A DNA stretch of 64,000 nt from Alphaproteobacteria bacterium (GCA_965228895.1 OZ245842.1:3040001-3104000); one strand, 5' to 3'; numbered from the stretch's first letter, positions 36,205 to 46,676 are shown. A program made the numbers and translations. The notes: generated from the sequence alone by a model not told the origin.

Positions 36205-37470
36205 ATGCGAAAGACCAGTCTTGCCGTCGCCGCGGCGGCTGCCCTGTGGACGGCGCCTGCCCTGGCCGATGTCGATACCAACGCCGTTCTGACGACCTAT
36301 GCCGATATCGCCGAAGCGACCTATGCCGACTCGCTGCTGCGCGCCGAACAGTTGCACAACGCCGTCGAGACGCTGGCCGCCTTGCCCGACGAGCGTCATC
36401 TGAACGAGGCCCGCGAGGCCTGGCGTCAGGCCCGCGTGCCCTATCAGCAGTCCGAGGCCTATCGTTTCGGCAACCCCCTGGTCGACGATTGGGAAGGCCG
36501 CGTCAACGCTTGGCCGCTGGATGAAGGTTTGATCGATTACGTCGAGACGATCAGCTACGGCGAAGAATCCGACGAGAACCCCTATTACACCGCCAACGTG
36601 GTCGCCAACGCACAGCTGCGCATCGGTGGCGTCGAGATCGACGCGACGACCATCGACATGGCGCTCTTGCAGGAACTGCACGAAATCGACGGCGTCGAAG
36701 CCAATGTCTCGACCGGTTATCACGCCATCGAGTTCATGCTGTGGGGCCAGGATCTCTACGGCACCGGCCCCGGCGCCGGCGATCGTCCGGCGACCGACTT
36801 CGATTCCGCCAACTGCACCGGCGGCAACTGCGACCGGCGCGCGGCCTACCTGCTGGCCGCGAGCGAGCTCTTAATCGAAGACCTCAAGGAGATGGTTGCG
36901 CAGTGGGGCGCCGATGGCGCCGCCCGCGCCGCGGTGATGGAAGGCGGCCCCGAACAGGGTCTTTCCATGATGCTGACCGGCTTGGGCAGCCTGAGCTATG
37001 GCGAGCTGGCCGGCGAGCGCATGAAGCTTGGCCTGATGCTGCACGATCCCGAAGAGGAGCATGACTGCTTTTCCGACAACACCCACTGGTCCCACTTCTA
37101 TGACCAGCAAGGCATGGTGAACGTCTATAACGGCCACTACACCCGCGTCGACGGCTCGGTCGTCTCCGGCCCGAGCCTGGCAGACCTGGTGAGCGCCACC
37201 GACCCGGAGGCCAACGCGGCCATGCAGGCGGCGCTGAGCGCGACCAACGCGGCGATGCTGGAAATGGTCAAGACGGCGGAAGCCGGCAAGGCCTATGACC
37301 AGATGCTGGCCGAAGGCGATGACGCCGGCAACATGCTGGTCGAGAACGTCGTGAGCGCGTTGAGCACGCAGACACGCGCGATCGAAAACGTGGTTGCGTC
37401 CTTGGATCTCGGTTCGATCGAGATCGAAGGCTCTGACAGCCTTGGCGATCCTGACGCCGTCTTCCAGTAA
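36205..37470 (+). CDS. Imelysin (peptidase M75) family iron-regulated protein, IrpA-like
   Basis: Signal peptide; NAWPLDEGLIDYV, TGYHAIEF.LWGQD (HxxE), GELAGERM, EEHDCFSDNTH. Confidence 0.93.
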   Translation: MRKTSLAVAAAAALWTAPALADVDTNAVLTTYADIAEATYADSLLRAEQLHNAVETLAALPDERHLNEAREAWRQARVPYQQSEAYRFGNPLVDDWEGRVNAWPLDEGLIDYVETISYGEESDENPYYTANVVANAQLRIGGVEIDATTIDMALLQELHEIDGVEANVSTGYHAIEFMLWGQDLYGTGPGAGDRPATDFDSANCTGGNCDRRAAYLLAASELLIEDLKEMVAQWGADGAARAAVMEGGPEQGLSMMLTGLGSLSYGELAGERMKLGLMLHDPEEEHDCFSDNTHWSHFYDQQGMVNVYNGHYTRVDGSVVSGPSLADLVSATDPEANAAMQAALSATNAAMLEMVKTAEAGKAYDQMLAEGDDAGNMLVENVVSALSTQTRAIENVVASLDLGSIEIEGSDSLGDPDAVFQ

Positions 37471-37487
37471 GGAGGCGGCGATCGACG

Positions 37488-37530
37488 AGGGCCGGACACA
37501 CTTATGCCCCTTTGCGTGTCCGGCCCTTTT
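37488..37530 (+). terminator. Stem-loop with T-tract between imelysin and di-heme protein genes
   Basis: AGGGCCGGACAC...GTGTCCGGCCCT-TTT. Confidence 0.6.
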
Positions 37531-37546
37531 CGCCTAACGAAACACC

Positions 37547-39031
37547 ATGCGCGCCTTCATCCTTGTCACGCTTCTGGCTCTCGTCGGTCTCTATGCGGCG
37601 GCTATCGCCAGTACGCCGGGCGAGGAGAACGCCGCCATCGTCGCACCGACGACGGACTTCACGGCCGCCGAGCGCTACGAGACCAATCAGGGCGGCGCCG
37701 GTACGTTTCGCGGCACCATCAACGCCAACGTCTTTTCCCAGCCGTCGAGCAACATCACGTCCGAACAGCGCCTGTTGTTTTCGGTCGGCAACGGTTTCTT
37801 CAAGCGTGTCTGGGTGACCGCACCGGCATCGACCCGATCGGCGGACGGTCTGGGCCCGCTCTATAACGCGCGCGCCTGTCAGCGGTGCCACCTGAAAGAC
37901 GGCCGCGGTCATCCGCCGTCGGCCAACTGGCCTGAAGACAACGCGATCTCCATGTTCCTGCGCCTCAGCATTCCACCGCAAACCGACGAGCATATCGCGT
38001 TGCTGGAGAGCGGCCAGGCCAACGTGATCCCCGAGCCGACCTATGGCGGCCAACTGCAGGACTTCGCCATCGGCGGTCTGGCGGGTGAAGGGCGCATGGT
38101 CGTGACCTATGAGGAGTTCCCGGTCGAGTTGGCCGGCGGCGAAATCGTCATGCTGCGCGCGCCGACCTATGAGATCAGCGACCTCGGCTATGGCGCAATG
38201 CATCCCGACGTCATGATGTCGCCGCGCGTCGCACCGCAGATGATTGGCCTTGGTCTCCTGGAAGCCATCGACCCCGACGACATCCTGGCGCAGGCTGACC
38301 CAAACGACACCAACGGCGATGGCATTTCCGGGCGCCCCAACATGGTGTGGAGCAAGGAATTGGGCGACGTCACCCTGGGCCGGTTCGGCTGGAAAGCAGG
38401 CGAGCCCTTCTTGAACCAGCAGAACAGTCACGCCTTTACCGGCGATGTCGGCCTGTCGACACCGCTTTCGCCCTATGCCTGGGGCGATTGCACCGAGAGC
38501 CAGAGCGCGTGTCTTTCCGCACCCCATGGCAACGACGACGATGGGCACGAAGCGACCGCCGAGATGATGGAGCTGATGCTGTTCTATACCCGCAACCTCG
38601 CGGTGCCTGCGCGCCGCGATGTCGACGATCCCGCCGTCCTGGCTGGCAAGCAACTGTTCTACGAGACCGGCTGCGTCGCCTGCCACACGCCGAAATACGT
38701 CACCATGACGTTGGACGATCGCCCGGAGCTGTCGCACCAGTTGATCTGGCCCTATACGGACCTTCTGCTGCACGACATGGGCGAAGGTCTGGCCGACGGC
38801 AGGCCGGAAGGCCGCGCCTCCGGCAGTGAATGGCGGACGCCGCCGCTGTGGGGCATCGGCCTGACCGAGACGGTCAGCGGCCACACCTTCTTTCTGCACG
38901 ATGGGCGCGCCCGCAACCTGACCGAAGCGATCCTGTGGCATGGCGGCGAAGCACAGGAGGCGCGTGACAGTTTCGCCGCAATGGACCAGGAAGACCGCAC
39001 CGCCCTGCTGCGCTTCTTGGATTCGCTCTAG
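37547..39031 (+). CDS. Di-heme oxidoreductase family protein (DHOR/DUF1111)
   Basis: DGLGPLYNARACQRCH, GRFGWKA, GCVACH, YTDLLLHDMG, EWRTPPLWG, LHDGRAR, WHGGEA. Confidence 0.93.
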   Translation: MRAFILVTLLALVGLYAAAIASTPGEENAAIVAPTTDFTAAERYETNQGGAGTFRGTINANVFSQPSSNITSEQRLLFSVGNGFFKRVWVTAPASTRSADGLGPLYNARACQRCHLKDGRGHPPSANWPEDNAISMFLRLSIPPQTDEHIALLESGQANVIPEPTYGGQLQDFAIGGLAGEGRMVVTYEEFPVELAGGEIVMLRAPTYEISDLGYGAMHPDVMMSPRVAPQMIGLGLLEAIDPDDILAQADPNDTNGDGISGRPNMVWSKELGDVTLGRFGWKAGEPFLNQQNSHAFTGDVGLSTPLSPYAWGDCTESQSACLSAPHGNDDDGHEATAEMMELMLFYTRNLAVPARRDVDDPAVLAGKQLFYETGCVACHTPKYVTMTLDDRPELSHQLIWPYTDLLLHDMGEGLADGRPEGRASGSEWRTPPLWGIGLTETVSGHTFFLHDGRARNLTEAILWHGGEAQEARDSFAAMDQEDRTALLRFLDSL

Positions 39032-39189
39032 AGGCCATCATCGCCGGCGCGTTCGATCTGATCCTGCGACTCAATAGCCTCGAGGGCGACACGTCACGGC
39101 GACGCGGTTGACGGGGCTCGCGCGGTCCTGTCACCTTCCTGGGCGACATGCCCGTAGCGCTAGAGGGCGTATTCAGGGGGGCGTCACCC

Positions 39190-40752
39190 ATGCCGTTTGC
39201 CGGACCGGCCTTGCCGGGACCTGCTGATCTGACCGATCTGCTGGCGACCGCATTGGCAGACAAACCGGACGAGACCGCCCTGGCCTCGCCGACGAGGGTC
39301 TGGACGTGGCGAGAGCTGGAGCGCGAGATCGACACGCTCGCGGCGCATCTCGTCGCAATGGGGTTGCGTCGTGGCGACCGGGTCGCTTCGCTGATGCCCA
39401 ACCGCGGCGAACTTCTGCTGCACTACCTCGCCTGCCTCAGGGCCGGCCTGATCGTGACGCCGTTGAACTACCGCTATACGGCGCCCGAGATCGATTACGC
39501 CCTGGACATGAGCGGCGCCGCGATCCTGCTCACGCACGCCGACCGCGCCGACGATGTCCGGGCAAGCGCCCTGGCCGGTGAATTGCCGTTGGGCATCATC
39601 GCCTTTGGCGGCCCGCTGGAGGGCGCGGGACAATTGGAGGACTTGATCGCAGGCCGAAGGCCGTCTGTCGACCTCCCTGATCCCGATATCCACGCGCCCG
39701 CCCTCGTGTTCTTCACATCCGGCAGCACCGGCAAGCCAAAGGGCGTGACCCACAGCCTCGCGTCGTTCGGCTCGGTCGTCGCGGGTTGGTCTCGCGCCAT
39801 GGCGGTGACAGGTGAGGACGTGGTGTTTCCCGGCGGTTCGATCGCGCATGTCGGATCGCTGGTTACGGCCTTTGCCGCGTTTGCGGCGGGCTCCGGCGTG
39901 GTCGTTGCCCACAGCGTCGATGGCGATGAGATCCTGTCACTGCTGCGCGACAACCGGCCGAGCGTTCTTGTCAGCTTGCCGTCGGCGCTGATCGACCTGG
40001 AACGCGATCACGGCGCGACACGAGAGGATTTTGCTTCCCTGCGCCTTTGCATCAGCGGCGGCGACAAGTTTCCTGCCAGTGTCGAGAAGGAGTTCACCGA
40101 TCGCACGGGATTGGTCATCAATGAGACCTATGGCCTGACCGAAGCGACCGGCTGTCTGTTCAATCTCTCTCAACCGGTCGCCAAGGCCGGGTCTACAGGT
40201 ACGGTTACCCCCGGATTTACGCTCAGCATCCGCGACGACAGCGGTCAGGAGGTGCCAGCGGATGTCGACGGCAAACTCGGGGTCAGCGGCGCGCCGGTGA
40301 TGATCGGTTACTGGAACAATCCCCAAGCGACCGAGGCGGCGCTTGTCGACGGTTGGTTCGACACGGGCGACGTCATGCGTGTCGATGGCGACGGCTACTT
40401 CTGGTTTCGCGGCCGCAAGAAGCAGATCATTGTTCACGACGGTTCCAACATCGCGCCGCAGGACATCGAGGAAGTCGTCATGGGCCATCCGGCGGTAGAT
40501 CTCGCCGGCGTCGTCGGCGTCCATGACGAGGTGCACGGTGAGAACGTCTGGGCCTATGTGACATTGATTGACGGAGTCGATAGGCCCCGCAACCAGGACA
40601 TCATCCGCTTCGCAAGAGATAGGGTTGGCTACAAGGCGCCGGAGGTGATCCTTGTGCTGGATACCATGCCCGTTAACCCGGCCGGCAAGGTCGACCGGTT
40701 GGCTTTGAAGAAAATGGCCGCAGAGAGGGTGTCCGCGGAACATCTGCACTGA
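39190..40752 (+). CDS. Class I adenylate-forming enzyme (acyl-CoA synthetase-like)
   Basis: FTSGSTGKPKG, YGLTE, GWFDTGD, GRKK, GKVDR. Confidence 0.92.
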   Translation: MPFAGPALPGPADLTDLLATALADKPDETALASPTRVWTWRELEREIDTLAAHLVAMGLRRGDRVASLMPNRGELLLHYLACLRAGLIVTPLNYRYTAPEIDYALDMSGAAILLTHADRADDVRASALAGELPLGIIAFGGPLEGAGQLEDLIAGRRPSVDLPDPDIHAPALVFFTSGSTGKPKGVTHSLASFGSVVAGWSRAMAVTGEDVVFPGGSIAHVGSLVTAFAAFAAGSGVVVAHSVDGDEILSLLRDNRPSVLVSLPSALIDLERDHGATREDFASLRLCISGGDKFPASVEKEFTDRTGLVINETYGLTEATGCLFNLSQPVAKAGSTGTVTPGFTLSIRDDSGQEVPADVDGKLGVSGAPVMIGYWNNPQATEAALVDGWFDTGDVMRVDGDGYFWFRGRKKQIIVHDGSNIAPQDIEEVVMGHPAVDLAGVVGVHDEVHGENVWAYVTLIDGVDRPRNQDIIRFARDRVGYKAPEVILVLDTMPVNPAGKVDRLALKKMAAERVSAEHLH

Positions 40753-40894
40753 TGTCACGTACGCCGGGTCGGACTTGCCGTAACGCCAGCTACTGAAGAG
40801 ACCGACAGTCCAGAGCCTTGACTCGCTCGGGCTGACCATGCCTAGTCGAACAACGATCTATCGGGCGGAACGGATCACCTCGGGGGGCGATGTC

Positions 40895-42151
40895 ATGTCA
40901 GCGATGGCCAAGATTACACTGATGTTCGTCGTCTTCGTCGACCTGATCGGACAAGGATTGGTCTTTCCGATCATCAACACGCTGATCATGGACCCGTCTA
41001 CCGGTTTTTTACCGGAGGACACCTCCATGGGCATGCGCCACTTCGATTATGGGCTGGTCATCGGCATCTTCTTCCTGTCTTGGTTTCTGGGCGTCGTCTA
41101 CGTTGCCAAGGTCTCCGATTCGATCGGACGCAAGAACGCTTTGCTCATCTGCCTCGGCGGCGCGCTGACCGGCTACGCCGTAACGCTGGTCGCGCTCTAC
41201 GTGAGCAGTCTTTGGCTGTTGATCCTGGGGCGGGCGATTACCGGCTTCACGGCGGGCAACCAACCGATCGCCCAGGCCGCGATGATCGACGGCAGCACGG
41301 ACGATGCCGACCGCGACCGCAACATGGGTTTCATCGTCACCGGCATCAGCTTCGGTCTGGTCGGCGGCCCGATCATCGGCGGCCTGCTGTCCGATCCCGT
41401 CGTGTTGGGTAGCTGGGCAAGCCTCAAGCTGCCGTTCTACGCAGCATTCGCGATGGTGTTGCTCGCCATCGTGATGGTGATCGTCTTCTTCCGCGATATC
41501 CGCACCGAACGCCTTCCCTTCGTTTTCCGTCCGCTCGATATCTTCGACAGCTTGTGGCAGGTGACCCGGCATCCCATCGTCATGCGGATCATGCCGGTCT
41601 ATGCACTGTTCATGATCGCGAACGTCACCTTCTACATCTTCGTCGACAATTACCTGACCAGTGCGTTCGGCTATGGCGTTCTGGGCGGCAGCATCGCGAT
41701 GCTGGTGATCGGCGTCGCGCTCGCGACAAGCAGCACCTTCTTGGTCAAGCCGGTGCAGTCGCGCTTCGCGAAGCAGTACATCGTGGGCAGCGCTTCGGCG
41801 GTCATGGTGATCTGCTCGTTGGCGTTCGTGCTGATCCCCGTGGGGTGGCTGACCTATATTCCCATATTCCTCTTCTACTTCCTGTTCGGCGTTGCCTATC
41901 CGACCCTGCTCGGCATGTTCTCAGGCGCTGTGAGCAACGACGATCAGGGGTGGGTCATGGGTGTCACGACCGCCGTCTTTTGCCTCGCCGGCGGCGTTAT
42001 GTCGCTGATCGGTGGCGAATTGATGGGCTTCAACATCCGCTCGCCCTACTACATCGCCACCGCGGCGGCAGCCCTAGGTTTGCTGTTCCTGGTCACCACG
42101 TGGGGCGCGCCGGCGATACGAAAGCTGACGGCGCGGCCCACCGAACAGTGA
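40895..42151 (+). CDS. MFS transporter (TetA/DHA1-like)
   Basis: SDSIGRK, GRAITGFTAGNQPIAQA, GPIIGG, QGWVMG. Confidence 0.9.
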   Translation: MSAMAKITLMFVVFVDLIGQGLVFPIINTLIMDPSTGFLPEDTSMGMRHFDYGLVIGIFFLSWFLGVVYVAKVSDSIGRKNALLICLGGALTGYAVTLVALYVSSLWLLILGRAITGFTAGNQPIAQAAMIDGSTDDADRDRNMGFIVTGISFGLVGGPIIGGLLSDPVVLGSWASLKLPFYAAFAMVLLAIVMVIVFFRDIRTERLPFVFRPLDIFDSLWQVTRHPIVMRIMPVYALFMIANVTFYIFVDNYLTSAFGYGVLGGSIAMLVIGVALATSSTFLVKPVQSRFAKQYIVGSASAVMVICSLAFVLIPVGWLTYIPIFLFYFLFGVAYPTLLGMFSGAVSNDDQGWVMGVTTAVFCLAGGVMSLIGGELMGFNIRSPYYIATAAAALGLLFLVTTWGAPAIRKLTARPTEQ

Positions 42152-42176
42152 GAAACCGTCGGCTGAAGCTGCCGTT

Positions 42177-42306
42177 CTAGCGCGCTTTCCGATCAATTTG
42201 CATCACCGGCCCGCTCCCCCACCCGGCCACCCATGGCAGTATCCTTGGGGCGGTCGGGTGGGGGAGAGGGTCGGTGCCGATTCCGTTCGAACGGAAAATG
42301 CCCTAG
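42177..42306. repeat. CTAG-bounded palindromic element (MITE/REP-like)
   Basis: Imperfect terminal inverted repeats CTAGCGCGCTTTCCGATC / GAACGGAAAATGCCCTAG and inner stem CTCCCCCACCCGGCC/GGTCGGGTGGGGGAG. Confidence 0.7.
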
Positions 42307-42641
42307 CGCTCGACCTCGACGCGTCGAATGCGCCCGTCGGGGTGGAAGTAGACACGCTCAACGCCGCTGCTCGCTTGGCCGTCCATCGTGATGACGAAGT
42401 CGAAGGCGACGCCGTCTTCGCCGACGGCACGAAAGCTCTCCGGCTGCCAGTGAACATCCGGATTGGCGTCAAAGAAGGTTGTGTTCATCGCCAGGATCGC
42501 TGGGGCACCGTTGTGCTCGCCAACGCCCGATGACGAATAGGTCGCGTCATCGGCCAGCATGCCGGCGATCCGTTCGACGTCGTGATCGTTCGACGCGTCG
42601 ACATAAGCCTGGGTGCGCGCAATGAGGTCGGCAGGGCTCAC
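42303..42641 (-). CDS. SnoaL/NTF2-like protein
   Basis: YVDASN.HD......LADDA.Y...G..AI..FF...PD; terminal DGRI. Confidence 0.8.
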   Translation of the reverse strand: MSPADLIARTQAYVDASNDHDVERIAGMLADDATYSSSGVGEHNGAPAILAMNTTFFDANPDVHWQPESFRAVGEDGVAFDFVITMDGQASSGVERVYFHPDGRIRRVEVER

Positions 42642-43705
42642 GATGCGCCCTCGCGCGCCGCGGTGATCAGTTTGTCGACATCCTCCGCCTGCGTGTTGAA
42701 CGAACAGACGAAGCGTACCGAGCCGGTTCCGTCACCATTGTCCGACAGCGGATAGGTGCCGATGCCGGCGGCGACAATGGCGTCGAACGAAGCTTGCGGC
42801 AGACGGCAAAAGACCTCGTTGGCCTCGACAGGGCTGTCCAGTGAAACGCCCGAGATATCAGCCAAACCGGCCGCCAGGCGCGCCGCCTGGGTGTTGGCGT
42901 GCCCGGCCCAGGTCAGCCAGTTGTCGTTGCTGATATAGGCCTCCAACTGCGCGGAGAAGAACCGCATCTTGCTGTAGAGCTGACCGGCACGCTTGTGCAG
43001 CCGGGCAAGCCGGCCGGCGCGCTCCGGCGACGGGTTGAACAGCACAATGCCCTCGACCGCCATGCAGCCGTTCTTGGTCGCGCCGAACGACAAGAGCTCG
43101 ACGCCGGCGCGCCAGGTGAGATCACCAGGCGCGCAGCCAAGGGCGGCGACGGCGTTGGCGAAACGTGCGCCGTCCATGTGAAAGGTAAGCCCCTCCGCCT
43201 TGGCCAAGTCGCCGATCGCGCCGACCTGATCGACGCTATAGAGCGTGCCCGCCTCCGTCGCCTGGGTAATCGACACCGCGGATGCGAGCGGATGATGGAC
43301 GTCGTCGCGCGGATAACGGGTCGCCGCGGCGCGCAGGGTATCCGGCGAAACTCGGCCCTGATCGCCCGCCAGCAGGTGCAGCTTGGCGCCGCCGGTGTAA
43401 AACTCCGGACCGTTGGCCTCGTCGATCGTGATGTGGGCTTCTTCGTGACAGAAGATCTCGCCCCAGGGCGGCGTCACCGTAGCGAGCGCCAGACCGTTGG
43501 CGATCGAGCCGGTGCCGACCGGCATGACCCGGCACGTGGTTTCGAAAAGATCGGAGAAACGCGCGTCCAACCCTTCGGTCATCGCGTCCTCGCCATAACT
43601 CGCGACGCCACCGTTGTTGGCGGCTTCCAGGGCAGCCATGATCTCCGGCGCGATGCCGGTGACGTTGTCACTGCCGAAATGGGCCTTGGACGGGAGATTG
43701 CTCAT
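42638..43705 (-). CDS. ltaE: Low-specificity L-threonine aldolase
   Basis: FGSDN, YGED, HITIDE, TQATEAGT.Y, HMDGARFANA, SFGATKNG, SKMRF. Confidence 0.9.
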   Translation of the reverse strand: MSNLPSKAHFGSDNVTGIAPEIMAALEAANNGGVASYGEDAMTEGLDARFSDLFETTCRVMPVGTGSIANGLALATVTPPWGEIFCHEEAHITIDEANGPEFYTGGAKLHLLAGDQGRVSPDTLRAAATRYPRDDVHHPLASAVSITQATEAGTLYSVDQVGAIGDLAKAEGLTFHMDGARFANAVAALGCAPGDLTWRAGVELLSFGATKNGCMAVEGIVLFNPSPERAGRLARLHKRAGQLYSKMRFFSAQLEAYISNDNWLTWAGHANTQAARLAAGLADISGVSLDSPVEANEVFCRLPQASFDAIVAAGIGTYPLSDNGDGTGSVRFVCSFNTQAEDVDKLITAAREGAS

Positions 43706-44031
43706 CAGGGATTCCGGGGCAAAAGTTCGAGGGTACCGAGCACCTCGCCGGTGCGCCGGTCTATGGTGATGATCTGCTGGCTGCCGTCGCCGAGGCGCGT
43801 CAGCAGGCTTATCGCATCCCCATCACCGGTCATGGTCATGACTTCCGCGCCCGCCGGCAGCGCGACCGCAACATCAACGTAGGTGCCGGCACCTTGGCTT
43901 GTCGTTTCGTTCTCGGCAATGCTGTCGCCGGCCTTGTCGATAACGACCATGACGATCAGGATTGTCAGGCCGACAATGCCGATCCCCAATCCAATGACGA
44001 CAGCCTTGATTGTGTTAAGACCAAGGTTCAT
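43705..44031 (-). CDS. Small membrane-anchored hypothetical protein
   Basis: N-terminal TM; LPAGAEV...D..TG..LG beta domain; divergent from rluD. Confidence 0.7.
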   Translation of the reverse strand: MNLGLNTIKAVVIGLGIGIVGLTILIVMVVIDKAGDSIAENETTSQGAGTYVDVAVALPAGAEVMTMTGDGDAISLLTRLGDGSQQIITIDRRTGEVLGTLELLPRNP

Positions 44032-44079
44032 GCAGAACGTTCCCAACCATGACATGCCCTACCTGACGATGAACCGCCG

Positions 44080-45063
44080 ATGACCGAACGACGGACGCTT
44101 GAGCATATCGTCGCGGCCGACGAAGCGGGCGATAGGCTCGATCGCGTGCTGGCGCGCGCCCATAGCGATTTGTCACGTGCGCGCATCCAGTCGTTGATCG
44201 AGGGCGGCCGGCTGATCGCCGGCGGCGTGACGATAACGGACGCCAATTACCGGGTCAAACCGGCGGAGCGCCTGACATTGCGGATCCCGCCGGCGAGCCC
44301 CGCGCGACCCGAAGGCGAAGCGATTCCTCTCACGATAGCCTTTGAAGACGAGCATCTTCTGGTTGTGGACAAGCCCGCTGGCTTGGTCGTTCATCCGGCC
44401 GCCGGGAACCCCAAGGGCACCCTGGTCAACGCGCTGATTGCCCATTGCGGCGACAGCCTGTCGGGAATCGGCGGCGAAAAGCGCCCGGGCATCGTCCACC
44501 GGCTGGACAAGGATACCAGCGGGCTGATGGTTGTCGCCAAGACCGACCGGGCCCATATACACCTTTCTAACCAACTTTCCGCACGCACCCTATCCCGCGA
44601 ATACGCCGCCCTCGTCTGGGGCGTTCCCACGCCTCTGGAAGGCCGAATCGAGGGAAACATCGGGCGCAGCCGTAGGAACAGGAAGAAGATGGACGTGTTA
44701 CAGGAAGGCGGTAAGCCGGCCCTGACGCACTATCGCGTCGAGCGTGCCTATGGCCAGTTGGCCAGTCTGGTGACCTGCCGCCTGGCAACGGGGAGGACCC
44801 ACCAAATTCGTGTGCATATTGCCCATATCCGCCATCCCGTCCTGGGCGACCCCACCTATGGCGGACGCCACCAGAACCGCACAAACGCTGCACCTTTGGA
44901 CGTCCAGACGGTTCTGGCGGGGTTCAAACGGCAGGCGCTGCATGCCCGGCGTCTGGCCTTTCACCATCCCGCCACAAATGAGATGGTAGAGTTAGAAAGC
45001 CCGCTGCCAGCCGACATGGCAGCCCTCGAAAACGCCTTGGAGGGCGCGTTTCCGGTGACGTGA
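44080..45063 (+). CDS. rluD: 23S rRNA pseudouridine synthase RluD
   Basis: S4 domain RLD..L, VDKPAGLVVHP, GIVHRLDKDTSG, TGRTHQIRVH, RQALHA; upstream of rpoH. Confidence 0.92.
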   Translation: MTERRTLEHIVAADEAGDRLDRVLARAHSDLSRARIQSLIEGGRLIAGGVTITDANYRVKPAERLTLRIPPASPARPEGEAIPLTIAFEDEHLLVVDKPAGLVVHPAAGNPKGTLVNALIAHCGDSLSGIGGEKRPGIVHRLDKDTSGLMVVAKTDRAHIHLSNQLSARTLSREYAALVWGVPTPLEGRIEGNIGRSRRNRKKMDVLQEGGKPALTHYRVERAYGQLASLVTCRLATGRTHQIRVHIAHIRHPVLGDPTYGGRHQNRTNAAPLDVQTVLAGFKRQALHARRLAFHHPATNEMVELESPLPADMAALENALEGAFPVT

Positions 45064-45179
45064 CATAAAGTTGACTCCTGTAGTCGGATATATTGAACTA
45101 AGCATGACGCCGCCGCGTAGGAATGGACGATGCCCCAGGCGTCGCGGGTGGCGGTGTCCTACAGCCCGAGGTTGAACAT

Positions 45180-46067
45180 ATGGCCCAGTTACGGCTGCCG
45201 GCGCTGACGCCGGAAAGCAGTTTGAGCAACTATCTGCGCGAGATCCGGAAGTTTCCGATGCTCGAGCAGCAGCAGGAATTCCAGCTCGCCAAGCGCTGGC
45301 GCGAAGATGGTGACGTCGACGCCGCCCACGAACTGGTGACGAGCCATCTGAGGCTGGTTGCCAAGATCGCCATGGGTTACCGCGGCTATGGCCTGCCCCT
45401 GGCCGAGCTGATCTCCGAAGGCAATGTCGGCCTGATGCAGGCCGTCAAGCGCTTCGATCCCGATAAGGGCTTCCGCCTGGCGACCTATGCCATGTGGTGG
45501 ATCCGCGCGGCGATCCAGGAATACATCCTGCACTCGTGGTCGCTGGTGAAGATGGGCACGACGGCAGCCCAGAAGAAACTGTTCTTCAATCTGCGCAAGC
45601 TGAAAGGCCAGTTGCAGGCGATCGACGACGGCGACCTGCCGCCGGAAACGGTGACGGAGATCGCGACGCGCCTGGACGTGCCGGAACAAGACGTCGTCTC
45701 CATGAACCGGCGCCTGTCGAGCCCCGACCATTCGCTGAACGCGCCGCTGCAACAGGACGGCGACGGCGAATGGCAGGACTGGCTAGTCGACGAAAGCGAC
45801 AACCAGGAAGAGACGCTCGGCGACCGCGAGGAGTTGGAGTCGCGCCGCGCGCTCTTGGCCACCGCCATGGAGGCCTTGAACGAGCGCGAGCGCTATATTC
45901 TGGTCGAGCGCCGTCTGTCGGAAGAGCCGAAGACCCTGGAAGAGCTTTCCCAGGAGTACGGCATCAGCCGCGAGCGGGTGCGCCAGATCGAGGTGCGCGC
46001 GTTCGAAAAGCTGCAAAAGGCGGTGAAGAACGCGGCAGCCGAGCGCCGGCCGGTGCCCGCCGCCTGA
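45180..46067 (+). CDS. rpoH: RNA polymerase sigma-32 factor
   Basis: RpoH box TTAAQKKLFFNLR; SHLRLVAKIA.GYRGYGLP; ISRERVRQIE. Confidence 0.97.
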   Translation: MAQLRLPALTPESSLSNYLREIRKFPMLEQQQEFQLAKRWREDGDVDAAHELVTSHLRLVAKIAMGYRGYGLPLAELISEGNVGLMQAVKRFDPDKGFRLATYAMWWIRAAIQEYILHSWSLVKMGTTAAQKKLFFNLRKLKGQLQAIDDGDLPPETVTEIATRLDVPEQDVVSMNRRLSSPDHSLNAPLQQDGDGEWQDWLVDESDNQEETLGDREELESRRALLATAMEALNERERYILVERRLSEEPKTLEELSQEYGISRERVRQIEVRAFEKLQKAVKNAAAERRPVPAA

Positions 46068-46091
46068 GCGCTCTGTTCGAACAAGGAAATG

Positions 46092-46126
46092 CGGTCGGCC
46101 CGCGCCAGCTTGGTGCGGGCCGATCG
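46092..46126. terminator. Stem-loop between convergent rpoH and cytochrome b561 genes
   Basis: CGGTCGGCCCGCGCCA-GCT-TGGTGCGGGCCGATCG. Confidence 0.6.
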
Positions 46127-46130
46127 TCTT

Positions 46131-46676
46131 CTAGGATGTCCGACCGACCATGCGCTTGAGTGTCGCGTCTTTGTCGATGACATGGTGTTTTAGCGCCGCC
46201 AGCACATGGACGACGATGAGGATGATCAGGATATCGGCGAGCCACTCGTGGATCTCGCCCGCGATGTCGTTGACCGATTTGCTTTCAGGCAGCGCCGGCA
46301 GGCTGAAAATACCGAAGAACGACACCGGGTGACCGCCTGTCGATGACAAGATGTAGCCGGAAATCGGCATGCCGAGAATGGCCAGCAACAAGGCCAAGTG
46401 AACAGCCTTGGCGGCGAGTTCCTGCCAGCGTGGTATGGTGGCGACATCATCAGGGAAGCGCCAGACGACACGCCACAAGAAACGCCAAAGGCCGTAGACC
46501 AGCACAAAGACGCCAATCGATTTGTGCAAATTGATCCACCAGGTGAGCTCTGGACCGCGCGGCAGATCATCCATGTAAAGACCGATCGCCAACATCGCGA
46601 TGATCGCGACCGCTATCACCCAGTGATTGACGATCGATACGCTGCCAAAGCGTTTTCCGACGTCTTTCATGGCCAC
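46131..46676 (-). CDS. Cytochrome b561 (CybB/YceJ family)
   Basis: HW, HKSIG, VH..L...MPISGY, HE, HVLAALKHH...D.TL.RM. Confidence 0.92.
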   Translation of the reverse strand: MAMKDVGKRFGSVSIVNHWVIAVAIIAMLAIGLYMDDLPRGPELTWWINLHKSIGVFVLVYGLWRFLWRVVWRFPDDVATIPRWQELAAKAVHLALLLAILGMPISGYILSSTGGHPVSFFGIFSLPALPESKSVNDIAGEIHEWLADILIILIVVHVLAALKHHVIDKDATLKRMVGRTS

